Assembly (NCBI RefSeq): GCF_038025025.1
Contig: NW_027117344.1
Span: 744,001-808,000, forward strand
Source: Phyllosticta citribraziliensis
Taxonomy: Eukaryota
DNA: 64,000 nt
Direction of reading: 5' to 3'
Part shown: positions 12,395 through 22,806 of the stretch, piece by piece
Layout: each line of letters starts with the position of its first letter
Numbering within the stretch: the first letter of the stretch is position 1
Translations under genes and position numbers: made by a program
Notes under the pieces: generated by a model
Told to the model about the DNA's origin: nothing
What the model saw: only the letters and a program-made list of their open reading frames with translations
Database searches by the model: none

Positions 12395-13033
12395 CTACCA
12401 GCGACGGGGCATGAACTGCTGCGGCATCTGCCGTGCGGGCGACACGGAAGGAGGTGGGCTAGCGACGTTGCGGGTGGTTGGGTCGACAATGGGAATCGCG
12501 TTGCGGGTGCGCTGGGCCAGCGGCTGGTGCAGCTTCGTCGCTTGAGTTTGGTGGGAGAAGCTCGCGGGGGTAAAAGTGTTGGCGGCAGCGGGCAAGACGA
12601 AGCTTGGCGTGGGCTGAAGCTGCTGTTGGAGGGGAGAAGATTCCGGCGAGCCGCTCGAAAGCGAAGATCGGTCCGATCCGGAAGAGTGAATGGACTGCAA
12701 CTACGGTGACGATGAGCCGTCAAATCCATCGATGCGAGAGAGTCCATCAAGGTTACTTACATCGTCATCGGTCAGAAGATGGAAGGGGCAGAAGAGCTCG
12801 TCATCTTCGAGGTCAAAGGAACGAGCAGCCTCGAAGTCGCGACGGAAGGCAGAGACGCCTGGGGCTTCGACAGCCTCCTTGGGAGCGCGAGCAGCCCTGA
12901 ATTGCTTGTGGTTGTGGGCGGCGGCAGACCTGGGAGCTCTCCTCGGGCGACCGCCGGGGTGGTGGTGTTGAGGGTGGTTCATGTGAGCGGCGGCGTGCTG
13001 TGGAGCGCCGTAGTAGAAATTGGACGTCGACAT
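12395..13033 (-). CDS. Conserved fungal protein of unknown function, low complexity. Exons 13033-12761, 12700-12395
   Basis: Motifs FEAARSFDLEDDELFCP, SDRSSLSSGSPESSP and RNAIPIVDP. A 60-nt GTAAGT..TAG intron joins two track ORFs in frame. Confidence 0.8.
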
Positions 13034-15521
13034 GATGTGATTGTGGAAAAGCGGGGCTGGAAGCGATGAAAATAGCAAGGCTCCAGAGCGGTTGTATATC
13101 GCAAGAGTGGTGGTGAGACTTTAGTCGGTGGTAGCTGATGGCTGGTACGGGACCGTCACCCGATGCGAAGAGGCACAACAAAGGTCAAACAAAGGGATGA
13201 AACGAAGCAAGGCTCGGCGGCGGTCGCAGTGCAGTACAGCGCAGAGTCGAGAGGAGGGTCGATGGAGTGGTTGATGGATAATGTAGCGGTGGGGTGGTTT
13301 GAAGTACGAGGTTGGCGGTGATGAGACGAGCGCAGTAGCGGGAGAGAGAGAGCGTGTGTGGGAGGGACGGAGAAGAGGGGAGGCAGCGGCCAGTGAGGTG
13401 GTGAAATGGGCTTGGGCTTGGGCGTGGGCGTGGGCGTGGGCGCCGGCTTGGGGCGACCAGGGCGCTAGTCAGGTTTAGGTGCACCTGGCCCGGTGGCAAT
13501 TTCGCAGGAACGTGCGCCAAAGCCACCACCCTTCATCATCCACACCATCGCCAGTCGTCGGTCGCGGCGCTTTCTTTGCCACTCACTGCCACTCTTTCGG
13601 AATAACACACATACATGCTGGACTTCGACTTGCATATGTACCCGCCGTCCGTCTTGCTTCCTTGCACTCAGGTCCGTCGAGGTCGTCGCTGCAGTGCAGC
13701 ACACACATCCGGCTCCCTGTGTCTCATTGGACAGCGCGCCGGCTCAGCCCCCCATCCCACCGCTCCTTTGGCTGTCCAGGTCCGCCTTGTTCTCTCCCGC
13801 CCTCGCCGTTCCAGAAGCTGGTCCACTTCCCCCAGCCACAACCTCCGCTCTTCTCTCCCACGGCACCTCAGCTCTCCTCTTTGACGTAAATAAGCCTCGC
13901 GGGCGTGTGCGGTCCTCCATCATTTGGCCGTCAACAAGGTGCTCAATGTCGACGCATGCATGTTTCGACCGTGTCCACCAGGAACCATCGTCCATCGACT
14001 GGGTGGCCGTTGGGCTTCGTCGCTGACATGTCACCATTCGCCTGCTCGCTAGCCCGCCGCCCGCAGACGCACCATGCCGCTAACCAACCGCCATACCCCT
14101 CCTTCGTCGACTCGAGTCTCGTCCCCCGTTTGCTGCGTTGTACATACACTCGCTCTGATGCATCGTCCATGAGCCTCGACGTCGACAGTCTTCAAGCTCT
14201 ACCAAGACTCGACCAAGCCACTCAACAACTCGTCCTCTAGCCTTGCCATTTGCCAACCACCGAATACACGCGCATAGCGTAGGGGTCTGACAAGCTTAAA
14301 CTGACTCTCCTCTGTCAAGGCCCTGCGTTTAGCGCCGTCGGGCCTTGACCCTGGACCTGGACTGCTGCTAGAATAACTTCAAGTCTGCACGTGTGCCACT
14401 GGATGCCAGGGAGCACCATCGCGGGGCTCTTGGCGGTGCGACACCGTCTCACGGCGGACCTAGTCGGAGTGGCCTTGTGTTGACCGTCGAGCGTGGCAAG
14501 AGACGTTGATCCCATTGATGCTTCTGACGGCACGAGAATCCTCCGCTTGACCTGAGCTTCGACGGGAGGTCTCACCACCTTCGACCTGATGGTCAAGCCC
14601 TGGAGACGATCCGTTGGAATGCGGGCTGCTGCGGCCGTGTTCCGATCTTGCCCGGGCGGGCGGACGCTCCTCCACTCTACCACTTCCCCTCCGCTCCGCC
14701 AGATGGAACGTGGGAGGTGTCAACCGCCAGGCAGGCGTCTGTATACACTACTCGACACTAATCGCCGATGGTGGTTGTCATGAACAAAGTCAGACGCTCG
14801 CTCCACGGCCGGCCCGGCACCAGGCCCTTCCCCTCATCTTCGATTTCTCGGGGTTGGCCGCGGTCGAACTTCGGCCATCAGGTCTGGGGGCCAACACCTC
14901 ACCTGGGCTCGTCGCCCGCACGGTTCTACTTGCCATGCTTCAACACCAACAATAGCCTGCTGCTGCGACCTACTAGCGCCTGTGGTCCCTTCCTCGAATT
15001 CTGCTCACTACGCCATCTTTTGGCCTCCATCGTCTGGCCGTGGCTACATTTCGCGCATCAACAAGGCTAATCTTCAGCCTCGCCATCTCGTCGTCTGCTT
15101 AGTGATGATGGCTCCTGCAGAGTGCATACGCAAGCGCCCTGGTCGACCTATCCCCTGTGTCCGTTTGGGCTCATGCGCTGCCGCACTGTCTCTGAATTCA
15201 AGTCTCGTGCCTTTCTTCAGCCAGTCTTCCTGTGCTTTGCTCGTGACATGCACGGATCTTTGCGCCCTGCCCACGCTGAATGGATGACAACAGCTCACCG
15301 CGGTTGCTGATCACCCATGGACCTCAGGCTCCACTTTGAAAGGTTTGGCGCTGGACTGTAGCACCTATCTGGCCCTGGAGGAGGCACAGCCGGGTACGCA
15401 CATTTTCAGCCTCAGCAAAAAGACTTGTCTGTGTCATGTTGGAAATTTCGCCTCGAGCGCCATCGACTGATTCTCCCAAAACCAGCTTCTCGCACATTGA
15501 GCAGTCCGATTGTCAACACCG

Positions 15522-18500
15522 ATGAGCAATGACCATATGGACGAGTCCACGTGTACACTTCATCGTTCCATCCCAGACCGTTTTGGCGAGGTTCCTACCG
15601 GGCACAATGTGACTTGTGAGAGGATCAATTTCACCCACGAGCAGCAGAGACAGTCGCTTGCTCGCCAGCCTTTTGAGCAGCAAACCGCTGCACCGTTCTC
15701 TCTGTACGGGAACCACAATGGAAGGCCTCATCACTCAATCTACACTTCCTTTCAGCTTCCAAACATTGAGAATGGACTCGAGGCCGATGGCACGACGAAT
15801 GCTTCCTTGGATCCGATTCAAGAAGACCAAGGCCACTGGGAGCCGTACACGGACTGGCTTCAAAGTAACAAACCGGTTTACTGGATTGCAGGACATCAAC
15901 GTTCTGGAAAGTCGACATTGATGAGATTCCTACACGATGATAAGACCGTCCACACTCGAACACGCCTGTGGGCAAGTGGATCTCGGCTCGTCAAGATTCG
16001 CTTCTTCCTCCGACAACCGACGAGTTATCGAGACTTCCTGAGCGAGCTTTTATACCAAGCCGCAGACGGACGACCTGACATGTTCAACGACCTCCCCCCC
16101 TTGCGCACGCAAGACGAAGAGCTAGTCCAAGTTTTCGAAAACACATTTGACGAGCTTGGCTCTGGAGACCACGGGAAATTCCTGCTCATGATCGATGGAG
16201 TCGAACATTTGGAAGATGGTGGCAACAAGCTGTCGATACTGCTACGGGGGTTGCTAGAGCGGATTGATTCCCCGGGGTCGTCTCTGAAAGTCTGCGTGTC
16301 GACCACATATGACACCTCTCAACTTTGGCAGGCATCCAGGCCATCACTTCACATGGAACGTTTGACCAGACTGGACCTCTGGCAAACCATCTCCGACGAA
16401 TTGAACGATAACAAAGAGTTTTGCCAACTCTGCAAATTTGACTCCCATCAAGCTCAAGACGCCATACGCCTGATCGTCAGACATGCTCAAGGATCCTTCC
16501 TGTACGCCCGTCTTGCCGTCGCGTGGCTCGTCGCGAAGCTCGTCGAGACTGAAAACATATCAAGATGGTGCAATGGAAATCCAGAAGCGATCAAAGAGCT
16601 TTTCGATGGCGTCCCTGGAACATCCGATGGCATCCCTGGAACATTTGAAGGTGTGTTCAAGAACATACTGGCCCATGAGTGGCCTTCAGGGCCCTCGGCT
16701 CCGACGCTATTTGGACTGTTTGGACAGGCCGAGCGCGAAAAAGAACCCCTGCCGTTGCTCGTGTTATCGTTTGCAGAAGAGCCACATGACGAAGACATGG
16801 AACCTGGTGTCAGAGCAGCCACATGCAGCGAGATTGAGCAAAGACTGGATCGAATGAGGCGCCATTTGTTCATCCGATGTGGAGGTCTTCTGGAGGCTCC
16901 GGACGCTGGAGATGACACAATGCTCCGTTCAGGCCATGGCAAGATCGCAGGCGAACGGAAAGACAAGACATTAGAAGCACCGTATCCTCCTGATGGCGCA
17001 TTGGCAACAGTACGCCATCACGAGGTGGTGGGAGAATGGAAAGACAAGATGTGGAAACTCATCAACAATCATCCCAGAAACCCACCCAACTCCCTTCATC
17101 TCCAGAGAGACCTTTGCGCGGCCTACTTGCGGCGTATCAAATCCTTGGACACCACGCAGCCCAGCTTCTTCGCCTCGTTCCGGTCCCTGGCAACTGCCTG
17201 TCTCAAGTACTCGATCAAAATCGAAGAGCCGCTCGAGAAGGAGAATGGGCCTGGAGAAAACCCAAACTTGAAGATCCTGCTCGCTCTCAACAGAGATGCA
17301 AAAGACCTTCTCGCAATGCCTCAGCCTCGCAACGCGAAATCTCCCAAATCCAGCGAATCAGACCCTCGGTGGTCCGTCAAGGTCCAAAGCAATCAACACG
17401 CTTACCTCACCATAAACCCTCACTGGACAAACGTCTGCGAGATTGTCAACTTTCAGCCTCCTTCATCCTTTTTCGACTTTGCGCTGCAACATGGGCTCTA
17501 CTCCATCGTCGACCATCGTTTAAAGAAGAAGCCAAACACCAATGGCAACGGCAATGGCAATGGCCATGCTGTCCAGAACCATCAGTGCAATGGCGCTGCA
17601 GATGGCCAAACCGAAAAGCCAGAGCGTGTCCACAAACTAGTCAGCGGACGAATCCTCCCGCTTACTCTCATCGCGCGAACTCAACACACAACAGCCAACC
17701 TCAAGCCCATATCGATCAAGATGGCGCGCACACTCTTCAAACACGGCGCCGATCCAAACTACAAGCAGTCGTCCGAGGCGCCCGGAACTACGGCTTGGCA
17801 CGCACTGCTTAAGGCCATGGCAGCCGAGATGCCCAAGGAGAGAAACACGGGAGGAGAACAGAACAAGCCAGCGACTGACGGGGACGCAAAACCTCCAACC
17901 CCTGAGCAGCGCAAAGCCGACCGCCAAAAGCGCAAAGCCGATCGCCAGAAGCGCGATAAAGACCAAGCCCGCCGCATCCGCCTCGCCCAGCTCGCCATCC
18001 TGTTCCTCGAGAATGGCGCCGACCCGTACGCCACCGTCCGCCAAATGGAGGCCAGCGACGGCGGTGCCGGCAGCGGCAACGAGGAGGCCGATCCCTCCGC
18101 GCACGACAAACAGTCTCCCGTCCTGCGCTTCGTCAAGAGTGTGGCGGCGTGCGTCCGCGACAACATCGTCGCTGCCGCCAGAGGCGTGAGCGGCGTTCCC
18201 AATCGTTTGCAGAGGCTTAGAGTGCGCGTCAAGGAGACGAAGGCGCTTACGCGCGACGTTGATAGCCAGAAGTTGACGGTCGACGATATTGTCGGGGCTA
18301 TGTGGAAGAGTGACGAGGGCGACGCGACAGACGAGGGCTCTGTCGGTGCGGGAGACATTGCTTTGACTGAGCAGCGGCGGGATTTCTATGAAGAGCCAGG
18401 AGGAGAAGAGGAGCAAAGTCCCTCGACCGAAGCCAATCTTTCCGGTGACGAAAACGCGCTGGAGGGTGCGGTATCCTGGGCGAGGACGGAAGCCGAATTG

Positions 18501-18623
18501 TGGAAAAGAGTGACGCAAGCGGTGCAGAAGAAGAGGCAAGATGCCGAGACTAAGGATAAGAAGATTAGGAAGAAGATTCTGCGGGAGAGGGCATGGGAGA
18601 GGGCGAGGCTGTTTGCTAGGTAA
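15522..18623 (+). CDS. Divergent NACHT/STAND NTPase (fungal NLR-like) with degenerate ankyrin-like motifs, ~1033 aa, no intron within the CDS
   Basis: P-loop YWIAGHQRSGKSTLMRFL; Walker B region FLLMIDGVEH; LKVCVST; AQGSFLYARL; RCGGLLE; ANK-like LFKHGADPN and FLENGADPY. The first ATG is at 15522, with an in-frame TGA upstream at 15498-15500. Confidence 0.8.
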   Translation: MSNDHMDESTCTLHRSIPDRFGEVPTGHNVTCERINFTHEQQRQSLARQPFEQQTAAPFSLYGNHNGRPHHSIYTSFQLPNIENGLEADGTTNASLDPIQEDQGHWEPYTDWLQSNKPVYWIAGHQRSGKSTLMRFLHDDKTVHTRTRLWASGSRLVKIRFFLRQPTSYRDFLSELLYQAADGRPDMFNDLPPLRTQDEELVQVFENTFDELGSGDHGKFLLMIDGVEHLEDGGNKLSILLRGLLERIDSPGSSLKVCVSTTYDTSQLWQASRPSLHMERLTRLDLWQTISDELNDNKEFCQLCKFDSHQAQDAIRLIVRHAQGSFLYARLAVAWLVAKLVETENISRWCNGNPEAIKELFDGVPGTSDGIPGTFEGVFKNILAHEWPSGPSAPTLFGLFGQAEREKEPLPLLVLSFAEEPHDEDMEPGVRAATCSEIEQRLDRMRRHLFIRCGGLLEAPDAGDDTMLRSGHGKIAGERKDKTLEAPYPPDGALATVRHHEVVGEWKDKMWKLINNHPRNPPNSLHLQRDLCAAYLRRIKSLDTTQPSFFASFRSLATACLKYSIKIEEPLEKENGPGENPNLKILLALNRDAKDLLAMPQPRNAKSPKSSESDPRWSVKVQSNQHAYLTINPHWTNVCEIVNFQPPSSFFDFALQHGLYSIVDHRLKKKPNTNGNGNGNGHAVQNHQCNGAADGQTEKPERVHKLVSGRILPLTLIARTQHTTANLKPISIKMARTLFKHGADPNYKQSSEAPGTTAWHALLKAMAAEMPKERNTGGEQNKPATDGDAKPPTPEQRKADRQKRKADRQKRDKDQARRIRLAQLAILFLENGADPYATVRQMEASDGGAGSGNEEADPSAHDKQSPVLRFVKSVAACVRDNIVAAARGVSGVPNRLQRLRVRVKETKALTRDVDSQKLTVDDIVGAMWKSDEGDATDEGSVGAGDIALTEQRRDFYEEPGGEEEQSPSTEANLSGDENALEGAVSWARTEAELWKRVTQAVQKKRQDAETKDKKIRKKILRERAWERARLFAR

Positions 18624-19244
18624 TGTTGTTGAGAGGGTTTCGTGCAAAGTGATGTCGGGCGTGGACGGGATAGACGGCGGTAATGATGGAACTTTGGATT
18701 GGAAAATGTTGTGTTGGCAGAGCGCCAGTGAGATGTGTGACGTGATGGCGGCAGTGCGGGCGGGATAAGTCAACTCGTGGGATAGAACTTCCTCGTCGCC
18801 CTAACGCCGTTTGCGCCTGGGACGTGGCTCAGATGTTCTTTGATTCTATCTCCAGCTTTTCTCACCTCCCAGGCGTGAATATTTCAACAAATGCAAAGAG
18901 AGGAGGAAATTTCTGGGAAGTGTCCCCGTTGTTGAAAAAGAGATGGAACTTGGGCAGGTTTAAGAACCCCGCGTGGGACAGTTCGAGGAAGACGGCTCTC
19001 CTCTCGTAGCACTCCTCTGGCAGCGAATGACATAGGGCAGGACACAGGTTTTCAGGGTATTTGACATGTTGACAGTGACAGATCCGAAAGCGTTGATCTC
19101 AAGCCTCATTGACCCGAAATCATCACGTCAAAGAAGATCCACGCGATGAAGGAGTAAAAAAGTGAAATGCTCTCTACACCACACAAAGGCCTCCATGCCC
19201 ACCACTCCACCTCCCCATGCACCCCCCTACCCATCATCACACAC

Positions 19245-19945
19245 TCAACCCAACCCGCCAGCCGGCGGGAACGGACCCTCGCAGACGTTGGTAACAGACA
19301 CCGGGATAGCCTCATCAGACGCGCAGTCCTTGGGCGGGTACTCCTGCTGGCCAGCCTGTTGGTTGCCACCCTGGCGCGGCGGCTTGTTGGCGCCGGGCTT
19401 GCACGGAATGTCGCGGTTGATGTTGCCGTAGGAGTAGTAGTCGACGTTGGGGTCAGGGCAGATGGCGCAACTAGTTGTGGTGTGAGTATAATTGCTTATT
19501 TAAAGAGGAATGTGATGTGAACTTACGCTCTGACGAATTGCCAGATAATGTCAATGGTGACGCTCTGAGGGCCGCTGGCGCGGGTCCAGTCATCGTCATC
19601 CGTCGAATACTTGAACCGCGCAATAGCACCCGTGTTGGCGCGCTTGCACTCCGTATACGTATCGGTGTTCCCAATAGACAGGTCGGCGTCGCACGTGGTA
19701 TCAATACCAGTGTTCGTGTTCTTGAGCGCAAAGGAGATGTGGAAGGCGTTGCGGTTGCCGACGACCTTCAGGTTGGTGACCGTAGTAGGGCCAAGCTTGT
19801 CCGACTTGGGCGTCTTCGCAGTGGTCTGGCACTTGCCATTTTGCCGCTTGAAGAGGTTGAGAGCGTTGCCCGGGTTGTGAGTCAAGTCCCAGAGCGGGCT
19901 TGATAGGGCGAGGGTGAAAAAGAGGAAGAAGGAGAGGATGTACAT
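19245..19945 (-). CDS. Small secreted cysteine-rich protein (candidate effector; possibly Alt a 1/AA1-like). Exons 19945-19527, 19470-19245
   Basis: Signal peptide MYILSFFLFFTLALS, Kex2-type LFKR site and 8 Cys in the mature part. A 56-nt GTAAGT..TAG intron restores the frame (WQFVRA-CAICPDPNVDYY...GGLG*). The fold call is tentative. Confidence 0.8.
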
Positions 19946-21681
19946 TTTTTTGGCAATAAGCTGTCGCCTCGTGTTGGTAAAGGATCGCAATTCGATTTGC
20001 GAGAGAGTAGGAGGGAAAAGGGACTCTTGTTAAATGTAAATGTGATGGGATGGAACATCGAAATGCTGTAAAATGATGGTGGTGTGTAGCAGACGAACAG
20101 AATATATATACTCACCACCACCACACTCCTCTCCTCCTCTCCTGCATATCATCTGAGCCTCAACGCCGGAATAAGCATGAAAAAAGCTTCTAAGCGTATC
20201 GGATTCATGACAGCTATGGCCATGTCCACGTCGATTTCCATAGCATCCGCAAGGCTGTGTCGCCCAGTGGCCACTGCTTGCGAAGAAGCATAAACTTCCG
20301 CACGTTCCGATCGACCGGATAATCCTTGCTCATAGACTTTGTTCCCATAGAACGTTGGACTTTGTGTAGACGCACATGTAGGACCACTTGCTCGGAAGTG
20401 CTGTCGCGATGAAGGCGCTTGACGAGTTTCTGCGACTGATTCCTGCTTACCACGACCAGAGGCCGTTCAGAGGTCAACTTGTTCGTGGTAACAGTCGTCG
20501 TGGTCTCTGGAGATGTTGGGCTGGGATCCGCCGCCTTTCTGTGACCAAGTCGACGTCCTCTTCCCGGTTTCCAGCTTCGACTGGTCTTCTAGGCGTGTTC
20601 CTGAGCAGCCCGCAACCAAGGGTTCCGCCGTCACACAGGGATCTTTTGGCAGCTGTCTCGGTCCTAGCGGGAGGCGAATAATTCGACGTTTGTTCTGGAA
20701 GGGCGGCCGGCTCCGTCTCGACTGGGTTCCTGCACTTCCAATTTCCAACTTTGGATGCGAATGATCTGTTCCTACCTCGCGTTGACCGCTGCGCTGGCCC
20801 GTAATTTGGCGATTCAAGCCGCGGAAATGCTCTTCTCGAATCTCGCAACGAATCACCATGGTAGCTCTTCCAAGCCTTGCTAGCGCTGTCTTCGGTCTCT
20901 GAGCGTTCGCCTGATGCGTATACCGAAGTCCGAGAAACGTTGCCAAGCGCCCCGAAACCTTATTCGACCCTCGATTTCAGCCAGCAGACATCTCCATCCT
21001 CGGATCTCCTATTCTGAAGAGTTAGTTGCTTATTGCAGGCTTGGCCACAACCTAAATGTCAACGCATCAGCCGCAACCCTCAAAGCTAAAGACACATTCT
21101 TGGCGCCTTGACCCCTTTAAGACCCTGTTTGGTTGGGAAAAAGGTTAAAGCTTCCTTTCATGGTTAATTTTCAGGAGGAACTCCACGGTTAGTTAGGCAA
21201 AAGGAGCGAGCCAAAAACGCGCGCACCTGGCGACTTGATGCATACAGACAGAAGCGAAGGAGATGAAGGGCATGACTTGAGACAAATTTTGGTTAAAGTC
21301 GTCCAACCACGTACCCAGGTTCCTCGTCGTGCGGACTTTCAGCAACGTCTCGGTCCTCGGCCCAGGCGATTCTCAACACCATGATCACAGTACTGATGCT
21401 GCACCCAAAAAAATCATGTTGCGTTTGTCCACGTTACTACGAGAGGCTTTTGTTCGATCCATGGACACGGGCATAGGAGCTTTTATACTCAGCCACGTAC
21501 AGGCCACGCTTCTTGAGTTTCATTCCCCAGTAACCTAGGGTATCTTGTTGCAAACCAAAAGAAGTGGTGCGTTCAGGGACTGTTCAAACACTTCACTTGC
21601 TGCCACTCGAGACTCCTTGTGCAAAAAGAAATCCTACTCTCGGGAAACCAAACGAGAGCAAAAGGAAAAGCTCAAACAGGA

Positions 21682-21763
21682 TGGTCACTACGAGGGTCGA
21701 ACTCGCGACCTTGGCGTTAACTTGATATTAGCACCACGCTCTAACCAACTGAGCTAAGCGACC
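21682..21763 (-). tRNA. tRNA-Ile(AAT): tRNA-Ile (anticodon AAT) with an 8-nt intron (21718-21725)
   Basis: Minus strand reads GGTCGCT TA GCTC AGTTGGTTA GAGC G TGGTG CT AAT A [TCAAGTTA] A CGCCA AGGTC GCGAG TTCGACC CTCGT AGTGACC A. All four stems pair, A and B boxes are present, and T-runs follow downstream. Confidence 0.95.
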
Positions 21764-22806
21764 TGTTGTGAACTCGTTGGAAAAGTGATGACTTAGACAG
21801 TTTATCAAGAGGTTTGACTTGGTGGCCTTCGCGGAAAGCAAGTGAACGGATGGGAGGTGTTCCGGAGACTTGTCGAGAGATTCGAGGGTTTGTACGAGTG
21901 GAAACGGTCGCATTGAAGGTTTCGATCTCAAAGGCTTTGCATCAAGTGCAAACACAAAGGACAGGGAGGATTTGGAGGCCCTCAGTTGTTGAAGCCCGAC
22001 AGCTCCACCCCTCTGAAAGTCAAGGAGACGGAGGTTGTACGGACGTATCCCCCTGCTCAGTTCTTGGCTTGTGGAGGGTAAGGCCAGGTATAAATGGGGT
22101 TGGATGCTTCTCTGCAGCAGTTCGAAAACCTCGCAGGGCAACGCTGTGTACTCGAGCAACTCGCGTTGTAGCGCTCGCTCACTTGGATTGTAGCGTCGAG
22201 CACTGATGAAATGGCGATGAAGACCCGCGTCGACAGATTGGCAGCTGCAGGGCGTGAGCAGCAGACTTTCTGAGGCTGCCATGTCGCCGTGATGCAATGA
22301 TTTCGTTTTGGTTCGCGGAGTGTGCGTGTCGCGTTGGGGATGGAATTCTGGCGCGACATCAGTAGAGCTTGAAAGCACACATGCACTGCTTGGACCACTT
22401 CTCCAGACGCCGCTTTGTAATGTCTCCGAGATTCAGATACCAAGGTCTGGACCAGACCGCGATGGCAACGCTGGAAAAAGATGGAGGAGCTTGTGGGGAA
22501 CGCGTCAACTGCCCACGGCAATGGAGACGCGGGCGGCTTCAGGGGAGCAATCAGGCCGGCGGGTGCGACAGAAGATATGTGTGGGCGAAATATGGACACA
22601 AATTCGACGTGCCAAAGTCGGCAGGAGGAGGCAGCGCTGTTGTTGTCGTTGCTGCTGGGGGTGTTGAACGGCAAGTGCCCCCTCGGCTGGTGGGCAGCTT
22701 CCTATCTAATCTCAACGTGAGGGCGCGAATGACGCGGAACCCGTCCGCGACGCGTCTCCAATCTCCAACGACTGCACTTCCCAGACCTCTGCCTTCATGG
22801 TCTCCA

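Noticed and set aside
17537..17600. N/G-rich segment of the NLR-like protein as an amyloid signalling motif
   Set aside because: It is internal rather than N-terminal, looks like a simple hexamer expansion, and no adjacent effector gene carries a matching motif.
20214..20946. Cluster of 80-160 aa ORFs upstream of the secreted protein
   Set aside because: No domain signature or convincing splice model; an orphan gene cannot be excluded but is unsupported.
21728..22378. 216-aa minus-strand ORF running into the tRNA
   Set aside because: It reads through the tRNA 5' half, has no recognisable motif and occupies promoter space; it is probably spurious.
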